Shown here piece after piece: positions 25,320-33,716 of a stretch of 36,074 nt of DNA (position 1 is the stretch's first letter; each line of letters begins with the position of its first letter). The position numbers and the translations under genes were made by a program. Source of the DNA: a virus. The notes beneath the pieces were generated by a model. It saw nothing but the letters and a program-made list of their open reading frames with translations. It did no database searches and was not told the origin of the DNA. Where the stretch lies: IMG/VR virus record IMGVR_UViG_3300045988_089796; one strand, written 5' to 3'.

Positions 25320-26309
25320 CTACCAGATTATCTCAGCCTCTTCCGCCTCGGCTGTTTTGCGTGCTTTTTTCGTTTCTGAGTTATCGTTCCATTTCTTGTT
25401 AGCTATGTCTCGAAAACGCGACTTCTTATCATTTGGTAAGTTTTCCACAATCACCGCGTCAAGAACAGTTTGAAAATCAAGCCCGATGTTCAATAAAGAA
25501 CAGCCTTTCATAGTAGCTCGTGGCGTTACCAAAGCCCGAATACCGTCTTCCTCGATAGTCTTTCTCAGTTCTCGCACGACCTTGAGCCATTTCTTGCCAG
25601 TGTCTCCGTATGACTCTGCCATTTTATCTTCCAGTTTCTCATCAACGTCCCAGACCAACACAGCGAAGCGGTCAAGCGTGGCAGCGTCAAGTTGGTTACG
25701 ACCGACATACATACGGTTAGCACCGTTTCCGAACGTGTTAGCAGAGGCGATAAAGACAAAGTCCTTGTGTCGTTCCACCATTTTGTCAGGAAAGGCACAG
25801 AACCCGTTAGACAGTGCTGCGTTGACCTGAATAAGAACGTTAGCGTTGCCAGCGTCGATTTCGTCCATCAAGAACACTCCGCCCTCCTCATACGCTTTAC
25901 GGAAGAGCGTCGGCACGTAGCCTCCTGAAGCGTGCATATAGCCGATTATGTCTGATTTTGAGGTTTGAGCACCTACCGACATTGTGTAGTGTTTCAATCC
26001 CAACGCCTCAGCGACCTGAGCGGCAGCATGCGTCTTTCCAGTACCAGCCATTCCGACTAACATTACAGGGATTTTCTGGGAAGCCATAACAATCAGATTG
26101 TCCAAAGACTTGTGGCGTAAGCCTTTAACCTCGTGAATCTTGCCATTATACTCAATTTTGACTGGCGTGTTTTCTTTGATAGATTTCTCAGCGTTTTTTA
26201 CCAGTTTTTTCAGCTCGGGTATTTCGCTTGATATTTTACTGTCAATTTTGTCTGAGACTGTTTTGTCAATCTCGTCTAGTAGGGTGTTTAGCCCAGAGAA
26301 GTTTGCCAT
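25320..26309 (-). CDS. AAA+ ATPase (AAA_5; MoxR/CobS-like)
   Basis: 329 aa. It has Walker A (VGMAGTGKTHAA), Walker B (GGVFLMDEIDAG), sensor 1 (FVFIASANT) and an Arg finger region (ATLDRF). Confidence 0.8.
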   Translation of the reverse strand: MANFSGLNTLLDEIDKTVSDKIDSKISSEIPELKKLVKNAEKSIKENTPVKIEYNGKIHEVKGLRHKSLDNLIVMASQKIPVMLVGMAGTGKTHAAAQVAEALGLKHYTMSVGAQTSKSDIIGYMHASGGYVPTLFRKAYEEGGVFLMDEIDAGNANVLIQVNAALSNGFCAFPDKMVERHKDFVFIASANTFGNGANRMYVGRNQLDAATLDRFAVLVWDVDEKLEDKMAESYGDTGKKWLKVVRELRKTIEEDGIRALVTPRATMKGCSLLNIGLDFQTVLDAVIVENLPNDKKSRFRDIANKKWNDNSETKKARKTAEAEEAEIIW

Positions 26310-26387
26310 AATTCCTATGTATCTCCATTTTAATTTAATAAAAGAAAGGTACGACCGTTTGCAAGACGGCAGTTTTTGCAGTATTTT

Positions 26388-26846
26388 TTAGTCTTCTTTT
26401 GGAAGCTCTCTCAAAACGTCAAGACATGCAGTTAATACGCATAGAGTTTTGTAAACGGCTGTAGTGTTCTCTTCCTCGTCTTCTTGAAAAATGTCAAAAA
26501 CAATTTCGCCGATATCGCTCGCAAGTGCGATAGCCTCCAGCCTCGACAATCCAAACACAGTCTCGGCAGTCATAACGAGAACAGCTTTCATATCGTCTAC
26601 GTCCTCAATTTCGATTTCTTCGTTGATGAGTGTGTCAGCTACCATCAAGACTCGTATTGCGAATTTCATTTTCTTTGCAGTGTCAGAGTCTTTATCGTGA
26701 TTTTTAAGTATTGTCGACGACAGCGCGTCAGCTTTTTGACGTAACTTAGGCTCCGCACTCACTGCCTCTTTTAGTTTTTCCGTGAGGCTTTCGATAAGCT
26801 CAAGTGCTTCCTCTTTTTCGGATTTTTTAGAAGTGATTTTAGGCAT
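26388..26846 (-). CDS. Acidic helical hypothetical protein
   Basis: 152 aa and rich in D/E (EIEIEDVDD, FQEDEEEN). It is the first gene behind promoter 26887..26915. Confidence 0.55.
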   Translation of the reverse strand: MPKITSKKSEKEEALELIESLTEKLKEAVSAEPKLRQKADALSSTILKNHDKDSDTAKKMKFAIRVLMVADTLINEEIEIEDVDDMKAVLVMTAETVFGLSRLEAIALASDIGEIVFDIFQEDEEENTTAVYKTLCVLTACLDVLRELPKED

Positions 26847-26886
26847 AAATTGCCCCCTTTCTGGTGATTATTTTTGATGTATTCTT

Positions 26887-26915
26887 AGTATAACACAACC
26901 GTGCTTAAATTGCAA
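26887..26915 (-). promoter_or_regulatory. Sigma-70/SigA-type promoter (TTGCAA-17-TATACT), member of a 4-copy family
   Basis: The minus strand reads TTGCAAtttaagcacggttgtgtTATACT. Confidence 0.6.
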
Positions 26916-26965
26916 TATGTTTTTTAAGTTTCGTTCAAGTTTCGATGAAGTCTAATTCATAACTT

Positions 26966-27199
26966 TCAAGAATCATCTCTATTTTTGCGTTCCTCAATTT
27001 TTGAGCGACGCGTCTGTATTGATTTCTCAACCGCTCTCTTGAGTACGCTTGGGTCATGAAAACCAGTTTTTCTGCCACGGGCTTTGCCCCCTTTTCTACC
27101 TCTCTCACGAAGTGTCTCAGTGTCGATTGCATTTTTAGCTCCTCTCTTAAAGTTCCAGCCTCTTTGCCGTCGTTCCTGATTATCGTTTCCGACCTCCAT
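26966..27199 (-). CDS. Small basic protein with a KGG-like motif
   Basis: 77 aa. RERGRKGGKARGRKTG resembles the KGG stress-protein repeat also present in ORF 32314..32547. It competes with the overlapping ORF 26935..27132, which has a better SD. Confidence 0.4.
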   Translation of the reverse strand: MEVGNDNQERRQRGWNFKRGAKNAIDTETLRERGRKGGKARGRKTGFHDPSVLKRAVEKSIQTRRSKIEERKNRDDS

Positions 27200-27359
27200 T
27201 TTCCTTATCCCTTTCTAAATAATAACCGTAAGCGACCGCCGATATAATGCTGATTAGCCCTAAGGTAAAGATTGTGATGAGAACTCCCACCAGACCTGTA
27301 TAAAGATAGACTAACCCTAATCCGCTCGCGATTGTCATTATGATAATTGCTATAAACAT
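27180..27359 (-). CDS. Small two-TM membrane protein (59 aa)
   Basis: The ATG at 27359 follows AAGGAGGAAGAT. The translation is MFIAIIIMTIASGLGLVYLYTGLVGVLITIFTLGLISIISAVAYGYYLERDKENGGRKR. The ORF falls below the track cut-off. Confidence 0.5.
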   Translation of the reverse strand: MFIAIIIMTIASGLGLVYLYTGLVGVLITIFTLGLISIISAVAYGYYLERDKENGGRKR

Positions 27360-27395
27360 ATCTTCCTCCTTATAAGTAAGACTACGTAGATTATA

Positions 27396-27512
27396 CTATA
27401 CCCCGAAAATCCACATCACAAATCGTACTACCAAAGCCATAAAGATAGCTGTTAAAAATACGCATATGACCATTGCCAGAATTTCTCCGAATGTTTTGCT
27501 AAATTTTTTCAT
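27396..27512 (-). CDS. Small hydrophobic peptide (38 aa)
   Basis: The ATG at 27512 lies 6 nt after GGAG. The translation is MKKFSKTFGEILAMVICVFLTAIFMALVVRFVMWIFGV. Confidence 0.35.
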   Translation of the reverse strand: MKKFSKTFGEILAMVICVFLTAIFMALVVRFVMWIFGV

Positions 27513-27771
27513 TCTTACTCCATGATTTAGGATATTTTGGTATTCCTGAATCGCCTACACAAAAATCTGCACTTCTATACCCATTTTTCCAGACATAATC
27601 TTTACCAAAGTGCTTTTGACAAATCTCATCCCTAGACGGTACTTTTTCAGCCCCCATTGCGCTGAAAATGAGGAATATAAGGATTCCTATAAACAACGCC
27701 ATCCAGATAGACGAAAAAATACCTGCTTCCTTTATTTCCTCTCGTAACTCAGTTATCCGTAAATCTTTCAA
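27499..27771 (-). CDS. Membrane-anchored hypothetical protein
   Basis: 90 aa with a TM helix (IFSSIWMALFIGILIFLIFSAMG). Confidence 0.5.
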   Translation of the reverse strand: MKDLRITELREEIKEAGIFSSIWMALFIGILIFLIFSAMGAEKVPSRDEICQKHFGKDYVWKNGYRSADFCVGDSGIPKYPKSWSKNEKI

Positions 27772-27974
27772 AACAAAACCTCCTGTCCCCGTTCATCTTG
27801 GATACGTGATATAGCTAAGATGAGTTTTTCTAATTCTGAGTATCTGTCCAAAGCTCCGCTCTTCATTTCGGCTAACGTTTCATCGTCAAACGTTCTCAGT
27901 GTCTCAAGTTGTCGACACTCTCGACGCTCGTCGTCTTCTTTTATCGCTTCGTCTATTTCTCTAGGCGTTTCCAT
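27768..27974 (-). CDS. Hypothetical acidic protein
   Basis: 68 aa. It overlaps both neighbouring genes, which suggests translational coupling. Confidence 0.45.
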   Translation of the reverse strand: METPREIDEAIKEDDERRECRQLETLRTFDDETLAEMKSGALDRYSELEKLILAISRIQDERGQEVLF

Positions 27975-28515
27975 TTTGTTCTCCCATATTTTCTAGTGTA
28001 GCTCTGATATCACAGCCTACCGTTATTATTAAGTCGACGGCTTCCTCATACATCTTTGGCGATAGATGAACGCGTTGAAAATCGACTTCTTGAGTATGTT
28101 GGTTGAATTGCATATAGTCAAACACTTGAGCTTCTGGGAATAGAACTTTGTAAATCTTGTGTTGAATTCCGTTCGCATACGTAGCTAAAGGCGTTCTCCC
28201 TGTCTTAAAGTCTACCAGGTGCATTTCACCATCCACAAAATGGCAGAGGTCAACTCGACCTTTCAGCTTCAGCCAGTCCGTGAGTTCCAATTCTCTAGTT
28301 AGCTCTGTACCCCATCTTTCCAAAGGCTCGCCTCCGAATACTTTCGGTAAACATCCTGTGTTTCTGACTTCTTGCTCCCATTCTTTGTGTTTGTCAATTC
28401 CGTACTGAGCCGCCTCGCTGGTTTCTCCCCAGTCTCCCTTGAGGGCTTTGAAGACGCCCTCGTAGTCGCCCGCAAGCCACCAGCTTATGAGTGAGTAACT
28501 AAGCTTAATGTTCAT
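27961..28515 (-). CDS. PD-(D/E)XK (RecB/Cas4-like) exonuclease
   Basis: 184 aa. The motifs GRVDLCHF...GEMHLVDFKTGR (D...ExK) and QHKIYKVL (QxxxY) are present. It lies in a module with RecT. Confidence 0.7.
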   Translation of the reverse strand: MNIKLSYSLISWWLAGDYEGVFKALKGDWGETSEAAQYGIDKHKEWEQEVRNTGCLPKVFGGEPLERWGTELTRELELTDWLKLKGRVDLCHFVDGEMHLVDFKTGRTPLATYANGIQHKIYKVLFPEAQVFDYMQFNQHTQEVDFQRVHLSPKMYEEAVDLIITVGCDIRATLENMGEQNGNA

Positions 28516-28517
28516 CT

Positions 28518-28931
28518 TTATTTCAATCTGCTTATACTGATTTTCTTTTGACGTTTAACTTTCTCTATTCCGTCTGGTAACTTTCCATCATGATTTTCTG
28601 CATAAGCTGAGACCAGCTCGGTGTTGAGTGAGTAGGTCGTTTCCGTCTTATAAAAGTCTGGTGAGGCGTTCTTCGGGTCGACCAGTTTATACAAAGCTCC
28701 AAACGCTCGATATTCAACTTTGATTTTGTCGCCTCGCACTCCAGAGAAGTCTGGGTTCAGTTTCAAGCCGTTAGTCTCGAGATTGCTCTTGACCTGCTCT
28801 ATGACATTATCTAGTTTGTCCTTGATTTCAAGCAGTTTTTCCAGTTTGTCCTCAGCGTTTTTATCAAAGACGAACTTACCGCCATCTTTGGCTGTTATTA
28901 CGATGTCGTCAGTGTCGATTGTGATTATCAT
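28518..28931 (-). CDS. Hypothetical protein in the recombination module
   Basis: I favour the start MIITIDTDDIVI (ATG at 28931), which overlaps the recT stop as ATGA. The N-terminal extension in the track, to 29087, lies inside recT. Confidence 0.5.
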   Translation of the reverse strand: MIITIDTDDIVITAKDGGKFVFDKNAEDKLEKLLEIKDKLDNVIEQVKSNLETNGLKLNPDFSGVRGDKIKVEYRAFGALYKLVDPKNASPDFYKTETTYSLNTELVSAYAENHDGKLPDGIEKVKRQKKISISRLK

Positions 28932-29569
28932 TTTTGACCTCCCAAGCGTTTCATAGCCTCTTTTTTCGCCTGCTCTTTGTCCTCGTCTGAGGCTTGAGCG
29001 GGTGTGAAGTCCTCGACAATTTCGGCTTCCTCGTATACTTTGCCCAGATTTGGGAATGCTGCCCGTAAGGCTTGAGCCTCCGCACATTTCGCTAACATAA
29101 CCTCTGGGAATTTGCGATACATGTTTCCCAGGGCGCTATCTCCTGGATAATAGTCTTCCCATTGAGCTGAGCGTGAGGTTTTAATTGGTAGACCGTCCAC
29201 GACTTTTATGACAGTTACGGTCGCGGTGTTCGGTACTTTCTTGACCTTACCGTTGACTTTGACGGTCAGTCCCGCGTCATAGTCGAACTTTGGCAGTTCT
29301 GAGCCTCCGTACTTTCCCGACCTTTCAGCCACAGCTCGCATTCCGTCAATTCCTGTCTGGATTGTGAGCTTTCCACCTCGATAAATCGCGTAGATTTCTT
29401 TACGGGCTGGGTTTAACCCTGTAGCTTGGCAGGTTTGAGCGTAGAAAATCATCTCTTCCATCGATGGTTCTTTGCCTTTGCCCGCAAACAATTGCTCTTT
29501 GATTAGCTCCAGCCACGCCTTAGGGCTTGCCCCTTGTGGTGCGAACTTTGCCAGCGTGTTCACGTCCAT
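28928..29569 (-). CDS. recT: RecT-family single-strand annealing protein
   Basis: 213 aa. The pattern GLNPARKEIYAIYRGGKLTIQTGIDGMRAVAERSGKY...MLAKCAEAQALRAAFP is typical of RecT. Confidence 0.8.
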   Translation of the reverse strand: MDVNTLAKFAPQGASPKAWLELIKEQLFAGKGKEPSMEEMIFYAQTCQATGLNPARKEIYAIYRGGKLTIQTGIDGMRAVAERSGKYGGSELPKFDYDAGLTVKVNGKVKKVPNTATVTVIKVVDGLPIKTSRSAQWEDYYPGDSALGNMYRKFPEVMLAKCAEAQALRAAFPNLGKVYEEAEIVEDFTPAQASDEDKEQAKKEAMKRLGGQK

Positions 29570-29612
29570 TTCTGGTGTTTTCTCCTTTCTGGTGATTTGA
29601 TATTACGTCTTT

Positions 29613-29641
29613 AGTATACATCAACGTGCTTAAATTGTCAA
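29613..29641 (-). promoter_or_regulatory. Sigma-70/SigA-type promoter (TTGACA-17-TATACT), member of a 4-copy family
   Basis: The minus strand reads TTGACAatttaagcacgttgatgTATACT, about 45 nt upstream of the recT ATG. Confidence 0.65.
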
Positions 29642-29701
29642 CATGTTTATTTTTGCTTTGTTTTTTCATAAGTACGTGTCATCACACAGCGTATATACCC
29701 T

Positions 29702-29738
29702 CTATTTACGTTTCTAACGCCCTCTGACGCGTTTTATT
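29702..29738. repeat. 37-bp intergenic direct repeat, copy A (candidate origin or regulatory element)
   Basis: ctatttacgtttctaacgccctctgacgcgttttatt matches 31004..31040 at about 29 of 37 positions. The shared blocks are ctattt, ttctaa, gccctctg and gcgtttt. Confidence 0.6.
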
Positions 29739-29789
29739 CTCTTTTTTGAGTATTTACCCGTTTTGAATTGTTAAAGTGCGTAGAGACGA

Positions 29790-30032
29790 TTAGACGGCGG
29801 TATGGTATCGTTGCTTGTACATCTCGTTCAGTTTTTGAACTTGATATGGTTTTGGCAGTGAATGGCTGGGCGGTATCGGGCTAGAATCAAACTTCAAATA
29901 TGCAACTAAACATTCTCGACTGTTAATATCGCTCAGGTAGTAGTAGCCAACCCCAGCTTTCATATGAGCTATCGATTTGTCGTCAATTCCCTTTTTCAAT
30001 GTTCGCAATACCCATTTCCCTCTCTTGTACAT
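29790..30032 (-). CDS. Hypothetical protein
   Basis: 80 aa, directly downstream of the initiator-like gene. Confidence 0.45.
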   Translation of the reverse strand: MYKRGKWVLRTLKKGIDDKSIAHMKAGVGYYYLSDINSRECLVAYLKFDSSPIPPSHSLPKPYQVQKLNEMYKQRYHTAV

Positions 30033-30044
30033 CTTGGTTCCCCC

Positions 30045-30857
30045 TTAAAAATCTATCGTAGACAAGTCCATTATCGTTCTGCCGTCTTTGTCTTTTTTAG
30101 CCTCGACCTCGTACTTGTTTGCCCATTCTTCAGTCCTCTCAGCATTTTCAACCAACCAGTACAGGTCTTTGTTGTCGATTGACCAGCCACTCGGATTATC
30201 TCCTCTGTGCCAGGGTGATTTGGATATTGCGATGTAAGCTTGTTTCAATCGTTCCTCACCTAACTCCTCCAGTCTCTTCTTAAGTTTCCGTTTTCGTTTG
30301 TCGGTTAGTGCTATCCTGTCTGGGTTCTTTCCAAATAAATCACAAATGAAAAGATGGATGTGGTGCAAGTCGGCAGACTTGTACAAAGTCTCTGCCACAG
30401 CCCTTGGTTTTTTAACAATATCTTGTCCAGAGACTGACGCGGTTTTCCTTACTTTCCCCACATACTCTATACTTTCTTCTAAGCTTTCTTCTATGTTTTC
30501 TTCTATGGGTACATTTCTACGTACTGTAGAGTTACATTTTTTCGTATGTCTTGGTTTGGATTTTTCGTATGTCTGAGTTGCATAGGTTTTACTACGACCA
30601 TCGTTTTTGATACAGACAATGTAGCCCAGTCTCTCCAGCTTTCTCCTCGCGTCTTTCACAGACCGCTCACTTTTCCCCAAAAACTCACCGCACGCCTTAG
30701 CACTTTCAAAATATTCTTCAAAAGCCGATATTCGTGCGTAAACAAGCTTCTCTGTGTCGGTTAGATTTTTATCACCTAAAACATCCTCACTGATAACTAT
30801 GTATCTTTTCCGCACGCCAACAGTCTTTAGCTCGCTCTGTAGCTCATCTGCATTCAT
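30045..30857 (-). CDS. Replication initiator / replisome-organizer-like wHTH protein
   Basis: 270 aa. The N-terminal winged-helix pattern is LTDTEKLVYARISAF...AKACGEFLGKSERSVKDARRKLERLGYI. The conserved C-terminal phage motif is ISKSPWHRGDNPSGWSIDNKDLYWLVEN. Confidence 0.55.
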   Translation of the reverse strand: MNADELQSELKTVGVRKRYIVISEDVLGDKNLTDTEKLVYARISAFEEYFESAKACGEFLGKSERSVKDARRKLERLGYIVCIKNDGRSKTYATQTYEKSKPRHTKKCNSTVRRNVPIEENIEESLEESIEYVGKVRKTASVSGQDIVKKPRAVAETLYKSADLHHIHLFICDLFGKNPDRIALTDKRKRKLKKRLEELGEERLKQAYIAISKSPWHRGDNPSGWSIDNKDLYWLVENAERTEEWANKYEVEAKKDKDGRTIMDLSTIDF

Positions 30858-31003
30858 TCGTTCCCTCCTTAAAAATAATATAGACCGCCAACCGCAGATA
30901 AAGTAGTGTGCGATAGACGGTCAGCAGTCCATATTATTACTTTATCTTATTTACTATCACACTCTTTGATTATACTACTCACACCTCACAATGAAAATAC
31001 CCG

Positions 31004-31040
31004 CTATTTCGCGTTCTAAAGCCCTCTGTGGCGTTTTGTT
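31004..31040. repeat. 37-bp intergenic direct repeat, copy B
   Basis: ctatttcgcgttctaaagccctctgtggcgttttgtt. It is bracketed by a 9-bp inverted repeat, aaatacccg (30995..31003) and cgggtattt (31049..31057). Confidence 0.6.
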
Positions 31041-31064
31041 GCAAAAAACGGGTATTTATTCATC

Positions 31065-31292
31065 TCACGCGTCGTGGCTTTCCAGACGCTCGTTTAATTT
31101 ATCGCAGTAATCGCCCAAGGTTGCTATACCACTGCTCAAGTTATCAATCGTTTTACACAAAGTTTGAATATACTCTAAAGTTTTCACCTGGATTTGCTCT
31201 TGGTGTTTCACCTTATCTTCCAAAATCTCAACCTTGCCCATCAACTTTCCCACCTCGTACGGCAGATTGAAGCTTTCATTTTTTGAGTTCAT
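31065..31292 (-). CDS. Coiled-coil hypothetical protein
   Basis: 75 aa with a heptad-like sequence (KLMGKVEILEDKVKHQEQIQVKTLEYIQTL). Confidence 0.45.
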   Translation of the reverse strand: MNSKNESFNLPYEVGKLMGKVEILEDKVKHQEQIQVKTLEYIQTLCKTIDNLSSGIATLGDYCDKLNERLESHDA

Positions 31293-31554
31293 CTATATAC
31301 CTCTCTTCCTCGTCTAATTCGCGGTCGTAACAAGTCTCACACACAGCATATCCAGAGCCAGCTTTGTTGTGAATGAATAGTGAAGTGTACATGTCGCCGA
31401 AAGTGAACTGCATTCCGCACTCAGCACACGACACCTTGTCGTCCAGTTCCGCCAGTAGCTCAGAGCCAGCTGGTAACAGATAATCGTAGTATTTTTGAGC
31501 CTTAGGATACCATTTCCTACCCGTTTTGCCAGTTCTCAATATTTCCTCAAGCAT
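31276..31554 (-). CDS. Zinc-ribbon hypothetical protein
   Basis: 92 aa with CAECG...CETC. Confidence 0.5.
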   Translation of the reverse strand: MLEEILRTGKTGRKWYPKAQKYYDYLLPAGSELLAELDDKVSCAECGMQFTFGDMYTSLFIHNKAGSGYAVCETCYDRELDEEERYIDELKK

Positions 31555-32047
31555 TTTTCTCTCTCCTTTTCTTATTCACTTTATCGGTGATTTCCTCTGG
31601 GTTCTTCCACTCTATAGACCAGAACCCGACACCCTTGTTCTCGGGTAAGAACCAGCGAGCGTTCTCTAGGTCTTTCAGTGAGTACTTCGTAGTTGAGTAT
31701 TCATCGACGGTTATAGTTTTCCATTTAGACGGGTCTATCAAATCTCTCAAGCTCATCTTGTCGTCCTCAGAGTGGTCAGCGTAAATCCCGTAGCCTTTCT
31801 TTAGCTTAGCCTCGTCAATGTCCGCGACCACACAGAATTTGGTAGTTGCGACTGAACACAGATATTGAGCTATGTTGTAGATTGTGTCGTCTTTGAATTC
31901 GTCAATCGGGGTGAAGCAAAAACCGATAGAGTCTGTTTTACAGTCATCTTCCTCTTTATGGTTCTTGGTGTTCTCCAGTTCTTTACCCTCGATTAAGCCC
32001 AAAAACTCAGAGAATGACATAAATCGCACGACCTTAATCATTCGCAA
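31547..32047 (-). CDS. Hypothetical protein
   Basis: 166 aa. It overlaps both neighbouring genes. Confidence 0.5.
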   Translation of the reverse strand: MRMIKVVRFMSFSEFLGLIEGKELENTKNHKEEDDCKTDSIGFCFTPIDEFKDDTIYNIAQYLCSVATTKFCVVADIDEAKLKKGYGIYADHSEDDKMSLRDLIDPSKWKTITVDEYSTTKYSLKDLENARWFLPENKGVGFWSIEWKNPEEITDKVNKKRREKNA

Positions 32048-32321
32048 CCCCCTCTGATACGTCGTCTAAGCCCTCAAGACGCTCTTTTAGGTCGGCAATG
32101 GGTATTTCGTACAAGAATACAGTTTCACGGTTCTTAGAGGGTCTCAGCGGGTATTTAACAGCCTCTTCTCCTCTGATATATAGCGGTTTGGGGTAGCCTT
32201 GGATGTGTATCTCATTGACCAGACCAAGCCTGAGGGGGTGAATTACCACCACCAGCTTACCGTTCACGCTCAAGGGTGTTTTCAGGTCGATGACAGAAAA
32301 GTCTCTCACACCCTTAGACAT
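32034..32321 (-). CDS. Hypothetical protein
   Basis: 95 aa. Confidence 0.5.
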   Translation of the reverse strand: MSKGVRDFSVIDLKTPLSVNGKLVVVIHPLRLGLVNEIHIQGYPKPLYIRGEEAVKYPLRPSKNRETVFLYEIPIADLKERLEGLDDVSEGVAND

Positions 32322-32547
32322 TTGTAACCTCCTTTTTCTTACCTCTTTTACTGATGAGACCGCCCTTTCTACCAGCGATTTTAGCTCGTTGAGGACCTGT
32401 CAATCCATCATTCCCGACAAAGTCTGAAGCAAAGCCTCCAGTCTGTCCGTTTTTGCCTCCAATTCTACCGATATCACGATAGAAGTTTGGATTTTTCTTA
32501 AGGTTCGCGTCTCGGGCTTTCAACCCTCCAGCTCGGGTGCCAGACAT
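32314..32547 (-). CDS. KGG-repeat (GsiB/YciG-like) small basic protein
   Basis: 77 aa. IGRIGGKNGQTGGFASDF...QRAKIAGRKGGLISKRG matches the KGG stress-protein repeat pattern. Confidence 0.5.
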   Translation of the reverse strand: MSGTRAGGLKARDANLKKNPNFYRDIGRIGGKNGQTGGFASDFVGNDGLTGPQRAKIAGRKGGLISKRGKKKEVTNV

Positions 32548-32945
32548 TATTTATTCCTCCTCGTTTTTTCAGCAGCCATCTTTTTGAACGTAACGGCGAA
32601 CTCTGCCGCTTGAGCCATCATCGCCACAGTCAAAACTGTCCTCAGTTGTTGTTTAGACAGATTGAAGTCTTTACACAGTGCTTGACCGTTGATTTTCGGT
32701 GCTTTGTCAGGGTTCACCTCGCCATCTTCTTTATCAAAAATTAAGTATTCCTCGGGACGTTTCTTGCCAAAGTCGCCAATCTGTAGTTTCTCCATCTCAC
32801 CGACGAACATACAAGCCAAAGCGCTACATTGTAACCCAGTCATAGAGTCGATATCACTCTCGACCTCTTTCTTTATTTCTTCTCCAGACCCGACCAAGAG
32901 CTTTATAATCTCCTCAGCCGTCAAGTCGTCGTATTTACCATTCAT
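32547..32945 (-). CDS. Hypothetical protein
   Basis: 132 aa. Confidence 0.5.
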   Translation of the reverse strand: MNGKYDDLTAEEIIKLLVGSGEEIKKEVESDIDSMTGLQCSALACMFVGEMEKLQIGDFGKKRPEEYLIFDKEDGEVNPDKAPKINGQALCKDFNLSKQQLRTVLTVAMMAQAAEFAVTFKKMAAEKTRRNK

Positions 32946-33001
32946 AAGTTTTCAACCTTTCCAGTTCAGTTTTGAACCATGATTTTAATTTAGTTAGTAA
33001 G

Positions 33002-33268
33002 TTAGTCATTGCCATAAATCCTCTCAGCGATTTTAGCGATAGTCGTCGCGTTCATCCTCGCTAAGATGTATTTTTTATGCTTGAGTTCCATTTTAGTCTC
33101 GACTTTTTCTCTCAGTTCATCGCCAGTCAATCCCAATTTTGTGTATTTATCGAGCAGCGTGTAATAAAGCTTGTCCTCGTCGAATTGCCAGGGAAGTCGC
33201 CAAGACGAAAGCACCGCTTTTATGAACAGTTCGCGTTTCGTATTTAATTCTTGCGTTGATTCTTGCAT
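33002..33268 (-). CDS. Hypothetical protein
   Basis: 88 aa with an AAGGAGAGGATG RBS. Confidence 0.5.
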   Translation of the reverse strand: MQESTQELNTKRELFIKAVLSSWRLPWQFDEDKLYYTLLDKYTKLGLTGDELREKVETKMELKHKKYILARMNATTIAKIAERIYGND

Positions 33269-33382
33269 TCATCCTCTCCTTTCTTTAGATTTTTTAAGTT
33301 TACGAATGAGGCTGTGAAGTGATAAGTTCCCTCCTTTCCGTTTCTGGTTTAATCATGACAGATGTAAGCGATTATTAAGGAT

Positions 33383-33685
33383 TTATTCTCCGACGACACC
33401 CTCTTTACCCAGAGCTTGTCTCAGCAAAGCCTCCAAGAACAGTTGTGAGGCAGTTCGGTCGGAATGAAGAGACAGTACCGTATCTTTATTGTTCTGAATT
33501 ATTGCCCTCGCCTTTTTTGCGGATGTGGTTTTGTAGGTGATTTGAACCCCGTTAGACAAGAATTGTATCTGGTAGAGTTCCTTGAAGTTTATTCTCTTAT
33601 CGCGTTTGACGAAAATTTCTTTTCTGAGACCTCGCACTGAGTTGATTTTGATTTTATTGATTGAAGTCTTCTTGCCGAAGCTCAT
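33383..33685 (-). CDS. Hypothetical basic protein
   Basis: 100 aa with an AAGGAGAAAAAC RBS. Confidence 0.5.
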   Translation of the reverse strand: MSFGKKTSINKIKINSVRGLRKEIFVKRDKRINFKELYQIQFLSNGVQITYKTTSAKKARAIIQNNKDTVLSLHSDRTASQLFLEALLRQALGKEGVVGE

Positions 33686-33716
33686 TGTTTTTCTCCTTTC
33701 AGAGATTAGGTTAAGT

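Noticed and set aside
26935-27132. 65-aa ORF overlapping the KGG-like ORF 26966..27199 in another frame
   Set aside because: This is not firmly rejected. It has the better SD (GAGGAG, 6-7 nt spacing) but no recognisable motif, and only one of the two ORFs is likely to be real. I listed the KGG-like frame because of its similarity to ORF 32314..32547. Ribosome profiling or homologue conservation would decide between them.
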